From the IMG/VR virus record IMGVR_UViG_3300040816_000814, positions 1 through 25,858 of that record: 25,858 nucleotides of DNA; one strand, given 5' to 3'. Under the pieces are notes generated by a model. It did no database searches, was not told where the DNA came from, and saw only the letters and a list, made by a program, of their open reading frames with translations. The translations under genes and the position numbers were made by a program. Positions 9,099-16,254 of the stretch are shown in pieces (position 1 is the stretch's first letter; each line of letters opens with the position of its first letter). Source of the stretch: a virus (Duplodnaviria > Caudoviricetes).

Positions 9099-9984
9099 CA
9101 CGTTTTAAGCCAGTCAACATATCATAAAATCTACCACAATACTCATGGTCACCTATATGAGATATATGGTCCATTACATAGACATATACTTTACCACCAA
9201 TATCAGTCCATCTTTGACAGAATCCAAAGTCTTCTCCAAAGTATCGTTTAGTTTCTGGGTCATGTAATGTATCAAATAAATTGTAAAAGTTTTCTTTTTT
9301 AGTCTCTTTACCGTTAATAACAGTAGGTTGATATATTTCTAATTCAGGATGTTTTGCTATCAATTTATCTATTACATTTCTTTTAATCAACATACATCCT
9401 GTTGGAGCATGAGTTACTTCCATAACTCCTTTATCTACTATAAGTTCATTCTTACCAATCTTAATTGGATACATATACCCCGAAGATAATAGATCTTTTT
9501 CTGATTTAACCATATCGGTTTCTTTTATTTTTTTCCACATCTTATCTGTTTCAAACATCTTCATTGGATATGGACATGCAATAATATCTTTATCTGCATC
9601 AATCATTTTAAATATAGTCTCACTTTTAAATGAAATGTCTGAATCTATAAATAGTAAGTAATCATAATTGTCTTTATGATTTAAAAACTCAGCGACACAC
9701 AAATTTCTACCTTGTGTAACTAATGATGATTTTAATAAACTAAAACTAACCATTATATTTCTTTTCATACATTCTAATTGAAACTTTAGAACTGCTTGAG
9801 TATAATGCATAGATACTTCACTATGACATGGAGTACATACCATTATCTTACAAGATGGTTTTGATTTACCTAAATTAATTTCAGTTACATTAGAATCTAC
9901 TTTTTCTAATTTTTCTGTTTGATAAGTATCTTTATTAGCATTTGTAGTTTTCTCACCAAACCAAATAGGTTCATTATTTTGCAT
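9073..9984 (-). CDS. Glycosyltransferase, GT-A fold (GT2-like)
   Basis: 'SSLVTQGRNLCV', DxD motif 'YLLFIDSDI', 'PTGCMLIKRNV', 'GEDFGFCQRW' and a late His in 'ISHIG'. Confidence 0.85.
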   Translation of the reverse strand: MQNNEPIWFGEKTTNANKDTYQTEKLEKVDSNVTEINLGKSKPSCKIMVCTPCHSEVSMHYTQAVLKFQLECMKRNIMVSFSLLKSSLVTQGRNLCVAEFLNHKDNYDYLLFIDSDISFKSETIFKMIDADKDIIACPYPMKMFETDKMWKKIKETDMVKSEKDLLSSGYMYPIKIGKNELIVDKGVMEVTHAPTGCMLIKRNVIDKLIAKHPELEIYQPTVINGKETKKENFYNLFDTLHDPETKRYFGEDFGFCQRWTDIGGKVYVYVMDHISHIGDHEYCGRFYDMLTGLKRVDVNKKIK

Positions 9985-10912
9985 TGATTGCTCCTTGTAA
10001 AAATCTAGTCCAACTTATTGATTTAACATTCCAATTATATAATCTATTAACATAATCTCTTTGCATTTTTAAATGATCCTGGATGCCTGGTGCCTCTAGC
10101 GATTGTGCAGCAACTTCTATTCCTTGTGCAAACTTTCTAGCTAAAGATTCATAGTTATTAGAGTATGGAATGTACATTGGAAACTCGGCTCCGGTTTCAT
10201 ATAACGCACCATAATTAGTAGTTACACAATAGAGTCCTGCAGCCATTGCTTCGATTAAAGATATACAAAATGTTTCTTCCCAAATACTAGGATACACAAA
10301 TAGTCTATAATCTTTTAAATGTTGTTTAATATATTCATTTGGTTTGTAACCAATATAATTTACATTAGGGAGTTGTCTTGCTTGATCATAAAGAGCTTTG
10401 TATTGATCATCTGTTTGATCATGAAAACTTTTACCATATACTTCAGTTGATGAATATACATCTAAACTTATCAATGGATTTTTAACCAGTTGCATTGCAC
10501 CTAGTAAAACACTTAGTCCTCTCCAAGGTGTACAGTGATGAATAATTTTTATAGGGTCACCTTTTTTATATATAGTTGGAATAGGTTCAATAGTATCTAC
10601 ACCGTTCTTAATTACCAAAGATCTCTCTAGTGGTATATCAAACATCATTCTAAATTTTTCAAAGTTCCAATTAGAATTAAATACATACCAATCATATTTT
10701 TTATGATTAGATTTATCTTTAAACCATGGAGCCAGATTCGGTTGATCGTATGAATTCTTTTGCCAAAGTATATTTACTTTATCTTTTGATAGTGGAATAG
10801 ATTCAGGTACAGATGTACATATTTGTACTTGATCCAATAACTTGGGATCAACGTGTTTTCTTAAATATTCAAATTGAAGCTCAGTTCCGCCTCTAGGATT
10901 TTGGTTTATCAT
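9974..10912 (-). CDS. Glycosyltransferase, GT-B fold (GT4/Glycos_transf_1-like)
   Basis: N-terminal 'RGGTE', 'VIKNGV', 'PWRGL' and the EX7E motif 'YPSIWEETFCISLIEAMAAG'. Confidence 0.88.
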   Translation of the reverse strand: MINQNPRGGTELQFEYLRKHVDPKLLDQVQICTSVPESIPLSKDKVNILWQKNSYDQPNLAPWFKDKSNHKKYDWYVFNSNWNFEKFRMMFDIPLERSLVIKNGVDTIEPIPTIYKKGDPIKIIHHCTPWRGLSVLLGAMQLVKNPLISLDVYSSTEVYGKSFHDQTDDQYKALYDQARQLPNVNYIGYKPNEYIKQHLKDYRLFVYPSIWEETFCISLIEAMAAGLYCVTTNYGALYETGAEFPMYIPYSNNYESLARKFAQGIEVAAQSLEAPGIQDHLKMQRDYVNRLYNWNVKSISWTRFLQGAINAK

Positions 10913-11156
10913 TTTTTTGATTCATTACTTTCTGGAATACTTGAAGACCTTTATTAGTAACTTGAACTGTAACGTCTTCTACGATGTCAGGTCCTTCTAC
11001 TTTTTCTTTAAACGTTTCTCCTGTCTTAGTATTTCTATAGGTTGTTATAGTTGTGCAATCTATTTTTGGTATATCATGTGTATGTGGAACATCTCCATTT
11101 TCATGAGAATGCGTAATACCATTATCGTGTGTGTGCTCTATATTCTTTTTATCCAT
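10893..11156 (-). CDS. Small hypothetical protein with His-rich N-terminus
   Basis: 87 aa containing 'EHTHDNGITHSHENGDVPHTHD'. Overlaps both neighbours in the operon. Confidence 0.7.
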   Translation of the reverse strand: MDKKNIEHTHDNGITHSHENGDVPHTHDIPKIDCTTITTYRNTKTGETFKEKVEGPDIVEDVTVQVTNKGLQVFQKVMNQKNDKPKS

Positions 11157-11484
11157 TTTCTTGAGATCTATCTATCAGAAGATAACTCACTTGTCCAGAG
11201 GCCTTATCAGCAACACTGGCTTTTACTTTTAATACATCTCCTGCTTCTAGATTTATCACATCTTTTGCAAAATTATCAGTACTTTTATTTAAAGTGCTAT
11301 GTCCTATTTCAACATCAGACTCACCTGATTTTTTTAAAAATACTTCAAAGTCAACATTGGTATTATCTATTACACATGCCTGCACTGCTTTTACAATAGC
11401 AATTGCAGATACACTAATACTTAACACTGTAGTTAAATTAGTTGTTGTTAAATCAAATGTTTCGCTTTTATAAAAATTTGCCAT
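11149..11484 (-). CDS. Small beta-rich virion-associated protein
   Basis: 111 aa with 'VINLEAGDVLKVKA' beta-sandwich pattern. TAATG-coupled and located downstream of the nozzle gene. Confidence 0.6.
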   Translation of the reverse strand: MANFYKSETFDLTTTNLTTVLSISVSAIAIVKAVQACVIDNTNVDFEVFLKKSGESDVEIGHSTLNKSTDNFAKDVINLEAGDVLKVKASVADKASGQVSYLLIDRSQENG

Positions 11485-11648
11485 TATCCAAAAAACCAGT
11501 TTTTCTGGTCTTCCTCATTTTTTAAATCTTGTTGAAAAGAAAAATTTAATTCTGTTTTAATTGTATCAACCGCTCTAAGAATTTGTCTTTGATTTTCTAC
11601 TTCGTATTCGTCTTTCGGTTCTGGTATATATGAAGTTATCTTAGCCAT
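11484..11648 (-). CDS. 54-aa protein missing from the ORF track (MAKITSYIPEPKDEYEVENQRQILRAVDTIKTELNFSFQQDLKNEEDQKNWFFG)
   Basis: Translated by hand. It fills the gap exactly, with TAATG stop/start overlaps at both ends (11648 and 11484). Confidence 0.85.
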   Translation of the reverse strand: MAKITSYIPEPKDEYEVENQRQILRAVDTIKTELNFSFQQDLKNEEDQKNWFFG

Positions 11649-13588
11649 TATCTTCTTCCATCAGGTTTAATATCTACTCTTAATGTTCCATAACGCCAAG
11701 TTTCACCTACAGCATCATTTTCTATTTTAATTGCAAGGAGTCTTCCTCTAGCTCTAGTGTCTACCTTATCAGTGGATGATGTTATTGTAAAGGGACCCAA
11801 AGGTGAACTAGATGCTGTATCACTTGGATAATCATTTAATAATAATGTTACTTTTGAATTACCGGTTAACACTTTAAAGTCTGGTATAAATCGTTTCATA
11901 GACATAATAAATTCACCATCCCCTCTAAAATCAGCTACACCGGTTGCCTGACCCAGGGCACTTTTACGTGAACTAATATCAAAATCTCCAGATTTTATAA
12001 ATGCATCGATTGATGTTGTACCACTACTATTAACTTGATCAGTTCCTACTTCATGAGCGTAATAAGTTGATGCTCCATACTTAGCAGTAATACCTTGTAT
12101 TGAAAAATTAGGAGTTGCTGTTGAATTATATTGTGTTGCATAAGGTACATCAAATACCCCTTGATCAGCATATGAACTTCTTGCTAGTGAACTTGTTGTC
12201 CAACATTGTTCTGCAAAATTATAAGTAACACATCTATCAATTTGATCTGATCCAGATTTAGCATAGAACCAATTTATTTCATTATATAATGAATTATGTT
12301 CAGAGTAAATTATTTGACTTGCGTTATAATTTATTCCTAGATTATCTCCACTTGTTGTAAATACAAAATCTTCAACTGAACAAGGTATGGCTTTTACAGT
12401 ACCATCATACGCAAAAAAACCGCCTTCACCTGACATCCAAAAGACAATACCATTAGAATAACTTAATGCATGTTGACCAATCAATCCACAGTTTGTACCT
12501 ACTTGTTTAACTGAAAAAGTAAATGGTGGGCCAACGTATTGGATAACGTATGCTGAACTATCTGTTAAAACTAATGTATAATCTTTACCAGACACTGCTC
12601 CAACTATTACGTTTCCTTTATCAACTCTAAATGTTCCTGCAGTATTGGTTGCAGTTGGTTGATAAGTATTAAAGTCTTCTTGATTTGAAAATCTTATAAA
12701 CATTGGATCTTGTGTTGATGGATCTCCAATAGTTGTCTCCGTTCCAAAATGAAATACATGTCTATCTCTATCTGATACTTGAGTCAATCTTGATGCCGTA
12801 GGCGCTCCTGTCATTATCGTTGCTCTATTCCCTCTTGGACTACTTGCTCCTGCATTCCAAGTAAATGTTTTACCATTATGAATTGTTGCAACTAATATTT
12901 GACCAAAGTTATCTAGACTCCAGAAGCCTGGATCCAGAGTCACTCCACCTATTGATCTTTCAGTTCCCCATGTTTCATTAGACCAGGCTGAAGTGCCCCA
13001 ACCATAACCTGCTGTTTGAAAAGTTGGACCAACTTCTACGTATGGATCAATTGCTGCTGAACCTGTACCAGATGTAGTAGCTGCAGAATTAGTAGGCATT
13101 GTAATTTCAAAAGTATTTGCTGTTACATTGGATATTTCGAATGTATTATTTTCAAAATCAGATGTTGCATAACCCGATCCCGTTGGGACAGTTACACTTG
13201 AAAATGTTACATATCTTCCATCTAATAAACCGTGAGAAGTTTTATTAACAACAACGGTTGGAGAACCAGATGTCGCATCAAAATTAGCTCCAGTAATTGC
13301 TGTATCTAATGGAGTAATATCGTAAAAAGCTTCTCCATAATATAAAAATAAACCTTGTGATGTACCTATTGCGGCATACTTTTCACCTTTTAGTGATGTC
13401 CAAGTATGTTGAGCTCTAGCTGCTCCTGGTAAAGTATTGCCAGAAATACTTAATTGATTCCAACCCCCTATTTTCTCAGGTAATCCATATCTAAATCTAA
13501 CAAAATCACCATCGACCCACTGAGACTCGCCTCCGGAATCCGTGACCATTTTGTTAAATCCAGGCTTGAAATTTAATTTCTGTAGCAT
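11648..13588 (-). CDS. Tail nozzle / DNA stabilisation protein (analogue of P22 gp10 or T7 gp12)
   Basis: 646 aa, beta-propeller-like, with 'PMFIRFSNQED' and 'QVGTNCGLIG' and a C-terminal 'DTRARGR...WRYGTLRVDIKPDGRR'. Carries an inserted small beta domain ('SGSPTVVVNKTSHGLLDGRYVTF'). Position precedes the ejection genes. Confidence 0.7.
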   Translation of the reverse strand: MLQKLNFKPGFNKMVTDSGGESQWVDGDFVRFRYGLPEKIGGWNQLSISGNTLPGAARAQHTWTSLKGEKYAAIGTSQGLFLYYGEAFYDITPLDTAITGANFDATSGSPTVVVNKTSHGLLDGRYVTFSSVTVPTGSGYATSDFENNTFEISNVTANTFEITMPTNSAATTSGTGSAAIDPYVEVGPTFQTAGYGWGTSAWSNETWGTERSIGGVTLDPGFWSLDNFGQILVATIHNGKTFTWNAGASSPRGNRATIMTGAPTASRLTQVSDRDRHVFHFGTETTIGDPSTQDPMFIRFSNQEDFNTYQPTATNTAGTFRVDKGNVIVGAVSGKDYTLVLTDSSAYVIQYVGPPFTFSVKQVGTNCGLIGQHALSYSNGIVFWMSGEGGFFAYDGTVKAIPCSVEDFVFTTSGDNLGINYNASQIIYSEHNSLYNEINWFYAKSGSDQIDRCVTYNFAEQCWTTSSLARSSYADQGVFDVPYATQYNSTATPNFSIQGITAKYGASTYYAHEVGTDQVNSSGTTSIDAFIKSGDFDISSRKSALGQATGVADFRGDGEFIMSMKRFIPDFKVLTGNSKVTLLLNDYPSDTASSSPLGPFTITSSTDKVDTRARGRLLAIKIENDAVGETWRYGTLRVDIKPDGRR

Positions 13589-13593
13589 ATAAT
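13566..13593 (+). promoter_or_regulatory. Sigma70-like promoter for the oxygenase cassette
   Basis: TTGAAA (13566-13571) - 16 nt - TATAAT (13588-13593), 54 nt upstream of the ATG at 13648. Overlaps the first codons of the opposite-strand nozzle gene. Confidence 0.6.
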
Positions 13594-13647
13594 GCCTTAT
13601 ATATTAATTATAAATGTAATGAAAGAGAAAAAATAAGTAAAATAACT

Positions 13648-14181
13648 ATGATAAAAATAGTCGATAATTTTTTTGATAATAAAATGTTAAAAAATATTAT
13701 GAATCACATAAAATCTAATTGTACTTTTACACCTAGATTTTTTAAAGGTTTTGATAAAAATAATCCTATTTTCAATTATAGTGAAGATAATAAAACTAAA
13801 AGTTGGTGGGGCGATAGATATATTTTAGCCAATAATCCAAATTTATTAAATACTTTTAAGGAACAAGCAGAAAAAAAATTTAAAATAAAAATAAAAAAAC
13901 TTTATCCTGATAGTAGTATTGATTTAAGAAATCAAGAATGGTTTCACCCTCATGTAGATCCAGCATTATTAAATGTATTTATAATGTTAGACGGTATTGT
14001 AGCTGTTACAAATGGTACGGTATTCTATACTAATAAAGAATTAGATATTCATATTGGTTTTAGACCAAATAGAGCAGTGTTGTTTCCTTCTAATATGTAC
14101 CATAGTGCACATGCAAATAAATTTAAAGGACAAAGAAGATATACTAGCACTTTGTTTATTAAAGAATATAAATATTTATAG
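13648..14181 (+). CDS. 2OG-Fe(II) oxygenase superfamily protein
   Basis: 'IKIVDNFFD' start, HxD ('HPHVD'), 'GTVFY', 'NRAVLFPSNMYHSA' (distal His) and 2OG-binding Arg in 'RYTSTLF'. Confidence 0.85.
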   Translation: MIKIVDNFFDNKMLKNIMNHIKSNCTFTPRFFKGFDKNNPIFNYSEDNKTKSWWGDRYILANNPNLLNTFKEQAEKKFKIKIKKLYPDSSIDLRNQEWFHPHVDPALLNVFIMLDGIVAVTNGTVFYTNKELDIHIGFRPNRAVLFPSNMYHSAHANKFKGQRRYTSTLFIKEYKYL

Positions 14182-14198
14182 AAAAAGGAGAAAAATAA

Positions 14199-14726
14199 AT
14201 GAGCTCAAATAAAATTTACGAAATAGAAAATGTTTTAAATAAATTCGAGGTTAAAAATGCTTATAAACAATTATTAAGTAATAATTGGTCTATTAATTCA
14301 TCTTATGGAGATGAAACGTTTAGTAATATGTATCCAACGTTCAGAGTTTCATTTGAAGATAGTATTTATCAACCTTATTGGTTTGGTTATTTTTCAGGGA
14401 TCGTGTCCTCAATTAATAGTCATCTTAGAAAAGAAAAAAATTTTGATTTAGGAAGTTATTCTATAAAATCTATTGTTTTAAATGCACAACAAAATTCAAA
14501 TAAATTTCATTTTCATGATCACAGAAAATTTAAACATGTTATAGTTGGTTTTTTAACACCCGACTGGGAAGATAGTTGGGGAGGAGAATTACAAATTGAA
14601 GATAAAAAAATTAAATTTAAACCAGGTAATTTTGTTTTATTCCCTGGAAACAATTTACACGATGCTATGCCTGTAAAAGTAAATTTGCCTTATTGGCGTA
14701 TTTCTGTTGGAATTTTTTTAAACTAA
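14199..14726 (+). CDS. 2OG-Fe(II) oxygenase, prolyl-4-hydroxylase-like, with atypical metal motif
   Basis: 'WEDSWGGELQI', 'KPGNFVLFPGNNLHDAMPV' and 'WRISVG'. Has 'HFHDH' where HxD is expected. AAGGAG RBS. Confidence 0.8.
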   Translation: MSSNKIYEIENVLNKFEVKNAYKQLLSNNWSINSSYGDETFSNMYPTFRVSFEDSIYQPYWFGYFSGIVSSINSHLRKEKNFDLGSYSIKSIVLNAQQNSNKFHFHDHRKFKHVIVGFLTPDWEDSWGGELQIEDKKIKFKPGNFVLFPGNNLHDAMPVKVNLPYWRISVGIFLN

Positions 14727-14740
14727 AAGGAGATAAATAA

Positions 14741-15340
14741 ATGGATAAAAAAACAGTTAACATAAGTAATTTTATAGGGGTGTATGATAATTACGTTACA
14801 CCAGAAGAGTGTAATAAAACAATTAAATTGTATGAAGATCAAAATAAATTTAGAAATACTGTTAATAGAATCGGTGGAGAAAACGCATCTATATTAAAAA
14901 AACAAGACCAACAATTTTTTGCAGCTCATCATAACCTAGAAGTATGGTTTGACGACTTAAAAAGTGTAATGGTAAATTTTGATATGGCTTTTAAACATTA
15001 TATTCAACACACAGGAGCAGACACTGCTTATGGTGAAATTAATTTTAATTATACATGTATAAAAATTCAAAAAACTTTACCGACTGAAGGATATCATGTT
15101 TGGCATATAGAACATGGATGTATACCACCTCAAAATTTATCTAGAGCTTTTGTTTTTTCTATTTATTTAAATGATGTTAAAGAAGGTGGCGAAACAGAAT
15201 TTTTACATTTTTCAAAAAGAGTAAAGCCTAAAACAGGTAGAATAGTTATTTGGCCAGCAGGTTTTCCATATATTCACAGAGGTAATCCACCTCTTTCTGG
15301 TGAAAAATATATTTTAACTTCTTGGATGATGTTAAAATGA
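14741..15340 (+). CDS. 2OG-Fe(II) oxygenase, prolyl-4-hydroxylase-like
   Basis: HxE ('YHVWHIE'), 'IYLNDVKEGGETEF' and 'GRIVIWPAGFPYIHRGNPPLSGEKYILTSW', a pattern typical of marine phage P4H-like oxygenases. AAGGAG RBS. Confidence 0.9.
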   Translation: MDKKTVNISNFIGVYDNYVTPEECNKTIKLYEDQNKFRNTVNRIGGENASILKKQDQQFFAAHHNLEVWFDDLKSVMVNFDMAFKHYIQHTGADTAYGEINFNYTCIKIQKTLPTEGYHVWHIEHGCIPPQNLSRAFVFSIYLNDVKEGGETEFLHFSKRVKPKTGRIVIWPAGFPYIHRGNPPLSGEKYILTSWMMLK

Positions 15341-15852
15341 TTAAAATCATTAATGATTTTTTTGATAAAAATCAATTAAAATTAGTTCAAAATTTTACTT
15401 TAACTAAAGCTGCTTATACTCCTTGTTTTTTTGACGGTGCCGTAGAAAAAAACAAACAAACCCATTATGGTAATAGATTTTATTTAAGCACAGATACAGC
15501 ACTTAAAAATCTTTTTGTAAAACAAGCTGAATTAAAATTTAATTTAAAAAATTTAAAAATAAATGATAATCATTCAGGAATTGATCAAAGAAACCTTGAT
15601 CATTTTAAACCTCACATAGATAGTGAAATGGGGGTAGTATCAAATATATTAATAATGATTTCTGGTCTTACAGCAGTAACTAATGGAACTGTTTTTTATT
15701 CAGAAAATGAATTAGATATACATGTTGGATTTAAAGAAAATAGAGCTGTAATGTTTCCGTCAGATTGGTTGCACTCACAACACGCAAGTAAAGTACCTAA
15801 TTTAAAAAGATATACTGCAACTTTATTTTGTAGTTCTTATGAAACAGAATAA
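15337..15852 (+). CDS. 2OG-Fe(II) oxygenase, paralogue of 13648..14181 (start revised to 15337)
   Basis: ATGA overlap with the upstream stop. 'MIKIINDFFD' matches the paralogue's start. Contains 'KPHID', 'AVTNGTVFY', 'NRAVMFPSDWLHS' and 'RYTATLF'. Confidence 0.85.
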   Translation: MIKIINDFFDKNQLKLVQNFTLTKAAYTPCFFDGAVEKNKQTHYGNRFYLSTDTALKNLFVKQAELKFNLKNLKINDNHSGIDQRNLDHFKPHIDSEMGVVSNILIMISGLTAVTNGTVFYSENELDIHVGFKENRAVMFPSDWLHSQHASKVPNLKRYTATLFCSSYETE

Positions 15853-16244
15853 GAAGTAGGTCTTGCACCTAATCTTGTAATTTTTTCAGACTCAGTTTCT
15901 GTGTGAGTTAAATTACCTTCTAAGTCGTAAGTGTCACCATTATTAATATCCCAATTAGATTGTAGTTTAGCTAAGTGTGCTGCTTCCCATCTTGAAATAA
16001 ATTGACTATTAAAATCACCTAATCCAGCTACAGTCCAAGTTGCATGAGGTGTTTCATCTCTATATTCTATAGTGTCATTGTATTCATGATTATCATCTTT
16101 ATATTGAATTGCCCAAATATTAGACCATTTAGGGTCATTCCAAAAAACGTCATCATTTATTACATATCCACCTTGATCATCTCCTGTTTGTTTAATGATC
16201 ATTTTATCTTCAAATACTACTGTCCATTTTGCATTTGTTGCCAT
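15837..16244 (-). CDS. Fibre-associated protein (possible tail fibre assembly chaperone)
   Basis: 135 aa, acidic and Trp-rich ('IWAIQY...IEY'). Directly downstream of the collar-domain fibre gene, with an AGGAG RBS. Function inferred from position. Confidence 0.5.
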   Translation of the reverse strand: MATNAKWTVVFEDKMIIKQTGDDQGGYVINDDVFWNDPKWSNIWAIQYKDDNHEYNDTIEYRDETPHATWTVAGLGDFNSQFISRWEAAHLAKLQSNWDINNGDTYDLEGNLTHTETESEKITRLGARPTSYSVS

Positions 16245-16254
16245 TTTTTTTCTC

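Noticed and set aside
10917-11399. + strand 160-aa ORF
   Set aside because: Antisense to two coupled genes, with an implausible F/Y/C/L composition.
13648-15852. TET/JBP- or AlkB-type DNA-modifying role for the oxygenases
   Set aside because: The motifs look P4H-like, no DNA methyltransferase or nucleotide-modifying gene is adjacent, and the context is structural. Not excluded, but unsupported.
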